Positions 38,206 to 45,917 of a stretch of 47,356 nucleotides of DNA are shown piece by piece. A program made the position numbers and the translations under genes. Under the pieces are notes generated by a model. That model saw nothing but the letters and a program-made list of their open reading frames with translations, was not told the DNA's origin and did not search any database. Numbering within the stretch: position 1 is the first letter of the stretch; each line of letters begins with the position of its first letter. Source of the DNA: a virus (taxonomy: Duplodnaviria; Caudoviricetes); IMG/VR virus record IMGVR_UViG_3300013767_000078, positions 1 through 47,356 of that record; one strand, 5' to 3'.

Positions 38206-39972
38206 ATGAAGATCACCGACATCTATGTCTCGAAAGTGCTCGGGATCCACGCCGCAGACCTGCGGCTGTCGAAGCCCGTCGCACTCTTCACCGGACCGAA
38301 CGGCGCCGGCAAGAGCAGTCTGCAGGAAGCCGTGCGCATGGCGCTGACCGGCGACACCGTGCGCGTCGCGCTGAAGAAGGAATACGGCTCTCTCGTGACC
38401 GATGGTTCCGAGGCCGGCCAGATCGTCGTCGCGTGCGGCGAGCAGGCGAATAGCGTCATGCTGCCGTCGGGGAAGCTGAAGCGCGAGCTTGCCGAGGATC
38501 CGCGCTTGCCGCTGGTGCTCGACGCGCAGCGGTTCGCGCACCTTGGCGCGGCCGAGCGCCGGGCGTTCCTGTACGACCTGATGGGCGTGAAGATCGGCGT
38601 CGACGAAATGCGCGTCCGGCTGCTCGAGAAGCTCGGGCTTCGCGCCGATGTGTTGCCAGCGCCGGCCGCCGCGCGGCTCGCAGCCGTCACGCCGATGTTG
38701 CGCGCCGGATTCGAAGCAGCGCAGAAGGAGGCGGCCGACCGCGCGCGCGGCGCGAAGCAGTCATGGCGCAACGCGACCGGCGAAACGTACGGCAGCCAGA
38801 AGGCAGCCACCTGGCGGCCGGCGGCGGTCGAGTTCGACGAAGCAGTGTTGCGGAAGCTCACGGGCGACCGCGCGGCGCTCGACGACCGGATCGGCGAACT
38901 GCAGCAGCAGATCGGCGCAGCCGACGCGGCGGACACCGCAGCACGTGCGCGGGCGTCGAAAATTGCCGACCTGCGCACGCGCGCCGCCGGTTACGCGAAG
39001 GCGGTCGAGCTCGCGCAGCTCGCCGACGAGCAGGTCGCCGAATTCCTGCCCAAGGTCGAAGCGCTTCGTGTGCTCGCCGGCGCAGCGCCGGCCGGAACCG
39101 AATGCTCTTGCCCGGAATGCGGTGCGCTCTTGCGCTACCTCAACGGCGTACTGTCGGCGGCGGCTGCAGCTGGCGCGCGCGACGCCGACGCGGCCGCGAA
39201 GCTGCCCGAGTATGAACACGGCCTGAAGACGCTGCAAAACGCGGCCGTGAACCGGAAACGTGACGTCGAAGCAGCTGAATCGGCCGCGACGCAGCTGCGG
39301 GCGCTCGAAGATGACGCGGATGACAGCGGCGCGGCCGCCGCCCGAGAGAGCGGCGACGCCGCGCGCTCGGAGCTGGCCGACCTTCAGCGCCGCCGCAAGC
39401 AGCTCGACACCGAGATTGCGACGCTTCGTGAAATCGAGCGGCGCGCCTCCGGCGCTGCCGATCTGGCAAAGCAAGCTGCGGCGTTGCACGAAGACGTTGC
39501 CGCCTACGAGGCGATCGCCGACGCGCTCGCGCCCAACGGCATCCCGGCCGACCTGCTCAGCGAAGCGCTCACACCGATGAACGAGCGCCTGACGGACCTC
39601 GCCGAGATGTCCGAATGGGCCGACGTGACGATCACGCCGGAGATGGAAGTTCTCGCCGACGGCCGCGCGTACGCCCTGTTGTCCGAATCGGAACGCTGGC
39701 GCGTCGACGCGCACATCGCCGCGGCGATCAGCCTCTTCTCAGGCCTGAAGCTGCTCGTGCTGGATCGTGCCGACGTCCTGGTCGGGACGGAGCGCGACCG
39801 GCTGCTCTACTGGCTCGATGATCTCGCCTACACCGGCCAGATCGACACGGCGCTCGTGTTCATGAGCCTGAAGGCGGCGCCGGCCGGCCTGCCGGATGGA
39901 ATCGAGGCATTCTGGGTCGAGGATGGACAGGTCGGCGCGCCGGCGCCGCGTGCCGTACGGGAGGCAGCGTGA
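38206..39972 (+). CDS. SMC/Rad50(SbcC)-like ATPase
   Basis: Walker A GPNGAGKS, coiled coil with central CPEC Zn-hook, LSESE signature, LLVLD Walker B. Confidence 0.8.
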   Translation: MKITDIYVSKVLGIHAADLRLSKPVALFTGPNGAGKSSLQEAVRMALTGDTVRVALKKEYGSLVTDGSEAGQIVVACGEQANSVMLPSGKLKRELAEDPRLPLVLDAQRFAHLGAAERRAFLYDLMGVKIGVDEMRVRLLEKLGLRADVLPAPAAARLAAVTPMLRAGFEAAQKEAADRARGAKQSWRNATGETYGSQKAATWRPAAVEFDEAVLRKLTGDRAALDDRIGELQQQIGAADAADTAARARASKIADLRTRAAGYAKAVELAQLADEQVAEFLPKVEALRVLAGAAPAGTECSCPECGALLRYLNGVLSAAAAAGARDADAAAKLPEYEHGLKTLQNAAVNRKRDVEAAESAATQLRALEDDADDSGAAAARESGDAARSELADLQRRRKQLDTEIATLREIERRASGAADLAKQAAALHEDVAAYEAIADALAPNGIPADLLSEALTPMNERLTDLAEMSEWADVTITPEMEVLADGRAYALLSESERWRVDAHIAAAISLFSGLKLLVLDRADVLVGTERDRLLYWLDDLAYTGQIDTALVFMSLKAAPAGLPDGIEAFWVEDGQVGAPAPRAVREAA

Positions 39973-40592
39973 GAGAGGACATTGAGCGGTATCTCGCTGA
40001 TACGTCGGAAGCCACGGCGAAGGCCGTGGCGACCGGAACAGGGCTTCCGCAGCTCGACGTGACGAAGGAGCTGAACCGCATGCTCGGCGACGGGCTGGTC
40101 GAGCGCGAGAAGCGCGCCGGCGGCGGCAATGAGTACGTGTACTGGCTCGCGCGCGCGGCACAGGCAGCGCAGCCGCTCGGCGAAACGCCGCCGGCCGAAG
40201 CCGCGCCGGTGCTGGTATCCGTCGGCCTGGTCGAGAAGTCGCTGGACCCGAACGCCGGCGTCATCGATGTCGCGCGGATCATCGCGGAATTGCGCGCCGA
40301 CGTCGAGCGCCTCACCGCCGAGCGCGACGCCGCGCATCTGAAGGCCGACACCTGGCGCGCGAACGCCGCGACGCTCGAGGCACGTATCGACGAGCTGACG
40401 CTCGGCCCAGTCGGCACCCGCGCGCCGCTGTTCGTGACGGTCGGCCGCACTTGTAAGCCGCAGCGTCACACCTCGCTCGAACTCGCGCAGCGCCGCGGAA
40501 GCGCGCTCGTACGCAGCGAACAGGAATCCGAGGTGCTCGTGCTCGAACCGGTCGGCCGGATCGTGCGCGGCACGCAGTGGATGCCCCGCTGA
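39969..40592 (+). CDS. Hypothetical protein (N-terminal wHTH, coiled coil)
   Basis: 207 aa, GTG start overlapping the upstream TGA, GGAGG RBS. Confidence 0.6.
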   Translation: MREDIERYLADTSEATAKAVATGTGLPQLDVTKELNRMLGDGLVEREKRAGGGNEYVYWLARAAQAAQPLGETPPAEAAPVLVSVGLVEKSLDPNAGVIDVARIIAELRADVERLTAERDAAHLKADTWRANAATLEARIDELTLGPVGTRAPLFVTVGRTCKPQRHTSLELAQRRGSALVRSEQESEVLVLEPVGRIVRGTQWMPR

Positions 40593-40640
40593 TTCAACAG
40601 AGCCTATCCCGCGCGGCTTACCTCGGTCCGCGCGGCATTC

Positions 40641-40670
40641 GAAGGGCGCCGATCGGCGCCCTTCTCTTTT
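40641..40670 (+). terminator. Intrinsic terminator-like palindrome upstream of the DGR cassette
   Basis: Perfect 24-bp palindrome gaagggcgccgatcggcgcccttc followed by tctttt. Confidence 0.65.
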
Positions 40671-40681
40671 CCGGAGAAACC

Positions 40682-41044
40682 ATGCAGATCCAGCTTCCCA
40701 CGCTCGCCGAAGGCGAGATCTACCTCGGCGGCTTCGTCGACAAGAACGGCGACGTCACACACACGATCCTGCTGCCCGGCGAGAACGATCGCGGGACCTG
40801 GCAGGAACAGATGGACTGGGCCAAGAGCCGTGGCGGGGACCTTCCGACGCGCGCCGAGCTCGTGATCGCATACGAGCAGCACCGCGACCTCTTCGAGAAG
40901 GCTGCGTACTGGTCGAACATGCCGGACGACGACCCGGATTACGCCGGCTGGGCGTGGTACCAGAACTTCCTCAGTGGCTACCAGTACGACGACCGCCAGC
41001 ACGACGAGTTGCGCGCCCGCGCCGTCCGCAGATTGTCGATTTAA
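40682..41044 (+). CDS. DGR target protein 2, DUF1566/CLec-like, 120 aa
   Basis: Paralog of target 1 (LPTLAEGEIYLG vs IPQLAEGEIYVG; GGDLPTR.E); GGAG RBS; its 3' end is VR2. Confidence 0.9.
   Translation: MQIQLPTLAEGEIYLGGFVDKNGDVTHTILLPGENDRGTWQEQMDWAKSRGGDLPTRAELVIAYEQHRDLFEKAAYWSNMPDDDPDYAGWAWYQNFLSGYQYDDRQHDELRARAVRRLSI
40944..41033 (+). repeat. DGR variable repeat VR2
   Basis: 90-bp ungapped match to TR 42074-42163 with 10 mismatches, all at TR adenines. Confidence 0.96.
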
Positions 41045-41074
41045 CCCTTCATCCATTCACAATCGGAGCATGCA

Positions 41075-41539
41075 ATGACGATCACGCTGGAACAGATCGA
41101 AGCAGATCACGCGCGCATCGGCGCGATGATCGACGAGTTCAAGAAGCAGCCGCGCGCGACCCAGTACCACGTCGACGCTGTCACGGTCCCGCTCGCGGCT
41201 GGCGAGCGCATCGCCGGACAGATCCTTCTCGAAGACGGTTCGCTGAGCCACTACCTGATTCTCCTGCCGGGCGATGCTGAAGATCTGGATTGGGAGGCGG
41301 CGAAGGCCTGGGCCGCCGAACATGGCGGCGAACTGCCGACGCGGCGGGAGCAATCGTTGCTGTTCTCCAACCTGAAGGGTGAATTCGAGCCGAGCTGGTA
41401 CTGGTCCATCGAGCGTCACGAATCGAATTCCGGCTGGGCGTGGTACCAGTACTTCCGCGATGGCTTCCAGTACTACCTCCACCAGGACGGCGAGTTGCGC
41501 GCCCGCGCCGTCCGCAGATTTATCCCTTCAGTTTTTTGA
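41075..41539 (+). CDS. DGR target protein 3, DUF1566/CLec-like with N-terminal helical extension, 154 aa
   Basis: LILLPG, W..A..WA...GGELPTRREQSLLF, WYWS, GWAWYQ; its 3' end is VR3. Confidence 0.9.
   Translation: MTITLEQIEADHARIGAMIDEFKKQPRATQYHVDAVTVPLAAGERIAGQILLEDGSLSHYLILLPGDAEDLDWEAAKAWAAEHGGELPTRREQSLLFSNLKGEFEPSWYWSIERHESNSGWAWYQYFRDGFQYYLHQDGELRARAVRRFIPSVF
41429..41519 (+). repeat. DGR variable repeat VR3
   Basis: 91-bp ungapped match to TR with 13 mismatches, all at TR adenines. Confidence 0.96.
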
Positions 41540-41553
41540 TCATTTAACCCACC

Positions 41554-41910
41554 GTGGCCCTGCACAACCAACTCCCGATATATCGAGCGGCCTACGGGCT
41601 GCTCGATGACGTCACCAGCCTGGTCAAGAACATGCCCCGCGACTTCAAGCGCAGCATCGGCGAGAAGATCAGCGCGGAGTGCATCGAGATCATGGTGTTG
41701 GTGTTCCGCGCGAACGTCGCGGCCGACAAGGCGCCGCACCTGGTCGAATTGCTCGAGCGCCTGCAGGTGATCGAGCTGCTGCTTCGGCTCAGCATGGATA
41801 AGCGCCTGATCGCGCGTGACGGATACGCAGCTGCCGTCGAGAAAACGACGAGCATCGGGAAGCAGGCCACCGGCTGGAAGAACGCCGCAAACCGTCGCCC
41901 GCTCCGCTAA
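41554..41910 (+). CDS. avd: Accessory variability determinant (Avd-like four-helix bundle)
   Basis: 118 aa, LPIY..AY.L......MPR..K..IG, L..L...LRL, IGKQ..GW; lies between VR3 and TR. Confidence 0.85.
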   Translation: MALHNQLPIYRAAYGLLDDVTSLVKNMPRDFKRSIGEKISAECIEIMVLVFRANVAADKAPHLVELLERLQVIELLLRLSMDKRLIARDGYAAAVEKTTSIGKQATGWKNAANRRPLR

Positions 41911-42072
41911 GGTCAAGGCCTTCGCGGCTGAGCGATATATCAATCTGGTCGTGCCGCTGGCTCACAAGGCCACCGCCATGCGCAATGAGGAAACCGGCCG
42001 CCGGCGTGCGGAAAGGTCCAGCGCAGTTTCCCGACTGAGCAATCGGCCGGGCGACGTAGATCGCACGATACC

Positions 42073-42163
42073 TCCGGCTGGGCGTGGTACCAGAACTTCA
42101 ACAATGGCAACCAGAACAACAACCACCAGAACAACGAGTTGCGCGCCCGCGCCGTCCGCAGAT
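42073..42163 (+). repeat. DGR template repeat (TR)
   Basis: 26 adenines, nine AAY codons in the target frame (tac cag aac ttc aac aat ggc aac cag aac aac aac cac cag aac aac gag), and a 14-nt G/C-only tract at 42141-42154. Confidence 0.96.
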
Positions 42164-43264
42164 CGAGGGCCATTTTCGTTCGCCGAGCTGGTCGAAGCGT
42201 ATCTCGACTGCCGGCGAACGAAGCGAAACAGCAATGCAGCGCTCGCGTTCGAGATGCGGCTCGAACGAAACCTGCGCCGCCTCTACGACGAGCTGGCCGA
42301 CGGCAGCTACATGCCCGGCCGCTCGAAGTGCTTCGTCATCACGAGACCGAAGCCGCGCGAAGTCTGGGCGGCCACGTTTCGCGATCGCATTGTGCACCAC
42401 CTGCTTTACAACCGGATCGGCCCGCATTTCGAGCGGTCTTTCATAGCCGATTCCTGCGCCTGCATCAAGGGGCGCGGCACGCTGTACGCCGCGCAGCGCC
42501 TCGAATCGAAGGTTCGGTCGATCACGCAGAACTGGTCGAAGCGCGCGTTCTACCTGAAGTGCGATCTCGCGAACTTCTTCGTCAGCATCGACAAGCTGAT
42601 CCTGCGCGACCTGCTGCACGCGAAGATCCCCGAGCCGTTCTGGCGATCGCTGACCGAAACCGTGCTGATGCACGATCCACGGACCGACTACGAGTACCAC
42701 GGCGATCCCGCCATGATGGAGCTCGTGCCACCCCATAAACGGTTACTCGAACAGGCGCCTGACCTCGGTCTTCCGATCGGGAACCTGTCGAGCCAGTTCT
42801 TCGCGAACGTCTACCTCGACGTGCTCGACCAGCGCGCAAAGCACATGCTCGGCGCGCGGCACTACGTCCGCTACGTCGATGACTTCGTGTTCCTGCACGA
42901 CTCGCCGGAGCGACTGAACGAGATTCTCACCGATGTCACAGCCTTCCTGCCGGAACGGCTCGGCGCGCGAATCAACCCGCGAAAAACCATCCTGCAGCCG
43001 ATCGACCGCGGCATCGACTTCGTCGGCCAGGTCATCAAGCCTTGGCGCCGAGAAACGCGGAAGCGCACGCGCAATGAAGCACTGCGGCGTGTCGTCGAGA
43101 CGCCGGCCGGCGACCTGATGCCCGTCGCAAATTCGTATTTCGGCCTGCTGCGGCAGGCAACCGCCAGCCACCAAGATCGCGCAAGCCTTGCGAACCTCCT
43201 GCGTTCGCTGGGGAAGTCCGTCGATCACGATCTAACAAAAACCTATCGGAGCTCCAACGCATGA
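42104..43264 (+). CDS. DGR reverse transcriptase (start uncertain: ATG 42104 inside the TR, or ATG 41978)
   Basis: L..AY...R..KR, PKPREV, FRDRIVHH, S.AC..GRG, LKCD..NFF.SI, GLPIGNLSSQFFAN (DGR-type SQ motif), YVRYVDD, GIDFVG. Confidence 0.95.
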   Translation: MATRTTTTRTTSCAPAPSADRGPFSFAELVEAYLDCRRTKRNSNAALAFEMRLERNLRRLYDELADGSYMPGRSKCFVITRPKPREVWAATFRDRIVHHLLYNRIGPHFERSFIADSCACIKGRGTLYAAQRLESKVRSITQNWSKRAFYLKCDLANFFVSIDKLILRDLLHAKIPEPFWRSLTETVLMHDPRTDYEYHGDPAMMELVPPHKRLLEQAPDLGLPIGNLSSQFFANVYLDVLDQRAKHMLGARHYVRYVDDFVFLHDSPERLNEILTDVTAFLPERLGARINPRKTILQPIDRGIDFVGQVIKPWRRETRKRTRNEALRRVVETPAGDLMPVANSYFGLLRQATASHQDRASLANLLRSLGKSVDHDLTKTYRSSNA

Positions 43265-45156
43265 AGCGCGACCTGATCACCCTCCCGCTCGACCTTGGCA
43301 GCGAACTGATCATCGACAACTTCGCCGGGGGCGGCGGCGCAAGCACCGGCCTCGAGCGCGCCTTCGGCCGCCCGGTCGACGTAGCGATCAACCACGATCC
43401 CGAAGCGCTCGCGATGCACGCGGCGAATCACCCGCACACGAAGCACTACTGCGAGAGCGTATTCGACGTCGATCCGGTTGCGATCACGGGCAACCAGCCA
43501 GTCGGCCTCGTCTGGCTGTCGCCCGACTGCAAGCACTTCAGCAAGGCGAAGGGCGGAAAGCCCGTGTCGAAGAAAATCCGCGGGCTCGCATGGGTCGCAA
43601 TTCGGTGGTGCCTCATGACCTCGCCGCGCGTCTTCATGCTCGAAAACGTCGAGGAGTTCGTGACTTGGGGCCCGCTGATCGAGGTTTCGCCGGGTAACTT
43701 CGTTCCAGATCCGGCGCGGAAAGGCGAGACATTCGACGGGTTCGTCAGCATGCTCACCACCGGCATTCGCACCGACCATCCCGCCCTTGCTGAATGCTGC
43801 GAGGTTCTCGACCTGGCGATTGATGGTCCGGAGGCCCGGCGCCTCATTACGGGGCTTTCCTACGACGTCGAATACCGCGAGCTGCGCGCGCATGAATACG
43901 AGGCGCCGACGATCCGTAAGCGCCTATTCGTCGTCGGTCGCCGCGACCACCTTCCGATCGTCTGGCCGACGCCGACGCACGGTGACCCGAAAAGTGCGGC
44001 CGTGCGCGCTGGAGCGCTGCAGCCGTGGCGCACCGCGGCCGACTGCATCGACTGGTCGATCCCGTGCCCGTCGATCTTCGAACGCGACCGGCCGCTGAAG
44101 GACGCCACGCTGCGCCGTATCGCGCGCGGCATCATGAAGTTCGTCGTGAACAGCGCGGATCCGTTCATCGTGCCGATCGCGCACTACAACGGCCGCGACA
44201 GCGTGCACTCTGGCGACGAGCCCCTGCGCACGATCACCGCACATCCGAAGGGCGGCAGTTTCGCCGTTTGCGTGCCGCACGTGACGAAATTTCGTGCGAA
44301 CAGCATCGGCAGCGCCGCCGACGCGCCGCTCCATACCGTGACCGCCGGCGGCGATTGCGCGCGGCCAGCCGGCGCCGCGCACGCGATGGGCGTCGTCGCG
44401 GCGACGCTCGTGAAAAACAACTTCGGCGAAACGCCGTGTCAGGACGTCGCAGGGCCGCTGCACACCGTTACGACGCAAGGCAACAAATTCGGCGTCGTCG
44501 CGGCGACGCTGATCCAGACCAGCTACGGCGAGCGGCCCGGCCAGGCGCCACGCGTGCCCGGCCTCGACAAGCCGCTCGGTACGGTCGTCGCACAGGGCGT
44601 GAAACACGCGGCTGTGACCGCGTTCCTCGCGAAGCACTACGGAGGAGTCACCGGCACGCGCATCGACGTACCGGCCGGCACCGTGACGACGACCGACCAT
44701 CACGCCGTGGTGACGTCCAACCTCGTGAAGCTGCGCGGCACGTGCCGCGACGGCGCGCCGGCTGACGAGCCGCTGCACACAATCAGCGCTGGCGGCACGC
44801 ATCACGCCGAGGTCCGCGCGTTCCTGATCAAGTACTACGGCGAGGGTGGCCAGTGGCAGGACGCGCGCGAGCCGATGCACACGATCCCGACGCGCGATCG
44901 CATCGGCCTGGTCACGATCCATGGCGAGGACTATGCGATCGTCGACATTGGCATGCGCATGCTCACGCCGCGCGAGCTGGCCCGCGCGCAGGGATTTCCC
45001 GACAGCTACATTCTCGACCCGGTCGTGAACGGCAAGCCGCTGTCGAAGTCGGCGCAGGTGCGCATGATCGGCAACAGCGTGTGCCCGGACGTCGCTACCG
45101 CCCTGATCCGCGCGAACTTCTCCCATGAACGACTGCTCACTGGAGTCGCTGCATGA
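43261..45156 (+). CDS. C5 cytosine DNA methyltransferase with repetitive insertion
   Basis: DNFAGGGG (motif I), SPDC (IV), ENV (VI), R.RLF (VIII), RELARAQGFP, IGNSV (X). Confidence 0.9.
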   Translation: MKRDLITLPLDLGSELIIDNFAGGGGASTGLERAFGRPVDVAINHDPEALAMHAANHPHTKHYCESVFDVDPVAITGNQPVGLVWLSPDCKHFSKAKGGKPVSKKIRGLAWVAIRWCLMTSPRVFMLENVEEFVTWGPLIEVSPGNFVPDPARKGETFDGFVSMLTTGIRTDHPALAECCEVLDLAIDGPEARRLITGLSYDVEYRELRAHEYEAPTIRKRLFVVGRRDHLPIVWPTPTHGDPKSAAVRAGALQPWRTAADCIDWSIPCPSIFERDRPLKDATLRRIARGIMKFVVNSADPFIVPIAHYNGRDSVHSGDEPLRTITAHPKGGSFAVCVPHVTKFRANSIGSAADAPLHTVTAGGDCARPAGAAHAMGVVAATLVKNNFGETPCQDVAGPLHTVTTQGNKFGVVAATLIQTSYGERPGQAPRVPGLDKPLGTVVAQGVKHAAVTAFLAKHYGGVTGTRIDVPAGTVTTTDHHAVVTSNLVKLRGTCRDGAPADEPLHTISAGGTHHAEVRAFLIKYYGEGGQWQDAREPMHTIPTRDRIGLVTIHGEDYAIVDIGMRMLTPRELARAQGFPDSYILDPVVNGKPLSKSAQVRMIGNSVCPDVATALIRANFSHERLLTGVAA

Positions 45157-45917
45157 CCGAACGCCCTATCCTTTTCAGCGGCCCGATGGTGCGCGCTATC
45201 CTCGAAGGCCGGAAAACGCAGACGCGCCGCGTCGTGAAGTGCCAACCTCCTGACGACGTCACGCCGATCACCGTCGCGCGGTACAACCCGACGATCATCG
45301 ACCGGAACGGTGACGAAGAGCCAGGCCCGGAGATCTTCGGCGCATTCAGCGAAGACGGTGAATGGGGGGGTAAGTCGCCATTCGGGGAACCCGGCGACCG
45401 GCTGTGGGTGCGCGAGACGCACCTGAACTGGTGGAAGCTCGATGAGGCCAATCCCGACGGCCCGCGCGTGTTCTCGCATGTCGCCGCGTACGCGGCCGAC
45501 GGATACGAACTGCAGCCTGGCGAGACGTGGATTCCGTCGATCCACATGCTGCGCGCCGCCTCGCGCATCACGCTCGAGATCACCTGCGTACGCGCCGAGC
45601 GCCTGCAGAACATCAGCGAGGGCAATGCGATCGCAGAAGGCGCCGTCTACACGGACTTCGGTATCGAGCCGCCGAAAGGCTCGATCAGCCTCGATGGCGG
45701 ACGCACCTTCCATCCCGTCGTGCGCGGCACGCAGCGGAACGGCTGGCACATGGGTGACGCGACCAGCCACGAGAAGTGCATGGGAACGGCCAAGTACGCT
45801 TTCGCGAACCTGATCAATCGACTGCATGGTGGCGAAAACTGGAACTTGAAAGGCCCGGGCCTTTGGGAGGCGAACCCGTGGGTGTGGGTCATCGAATTCA
45901 GGAGGGTTGAAAAGTGA
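45153..45917 (+). CDS. Conserved phage protein (ASCH/PUA-like)
   Basis: ERPILF...MVRAIL.GRKTQTRR, GDRLWVRET, PSIHM.R.ASRI.LEI..VR.ERLQ, W..NPWVWVIEF. Confidence 0.75.
   Translation: MTERPILFSGPMVRAILEGRKTQTRRVVKCQPPDDVTPITVARYNPTIIDRNGDEEPGPEIFGAFSEDGEWGGKSPFGEPGDRLWVRETHLNWWKLDEANPDGPRVFSHVAAYAADGYELQPGETWIPSIHMLRAASRITLEITCVRAERLQNISEGNAIAEGAVYTDFGIEPPKGSISLDGGRTFHPVVRGTQRNGWHMGDATSHEKCMGTAKYAFANLINRLHGGENWNLKGPGLWEANPWVWVIEFRRVEK

Larger units (their letters stand above)
40682..43264 (+). mobile_element. Diversity-generating retroelement cassette: target2-target3-avd-TR-RT (plus remote target 1)
   Basis: DGR-type RT, Avd-like gene, adenine-rich TR and three VRs with adenine-only divergence. 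Confidence 0.96.

Noticed and set aside
41816-41977. RT start at 41816 as given by the ORF track
   Set aside because: It overlaps avd by ~95 nt and gives a low-complexity extension; the later ATGs are more plausible.
34941-42163. Four ~91-bp repeats as a CRISPR array or simple paralogy
   Set aside because: They are not regularly spaced and have no spacers; three are in-frame gene ends. All 35 differences fall on TR adenines, which simple drift would not produce.
42104-43264. RT as a group II intron, retron or Abi-type RT
   Set aside because: It has the GNLSSQ motif, an adjacent Avd-like gene and TR/VR pairs with adenine-only changes. No YADD/maturase extension or retron VTG motif was seen.
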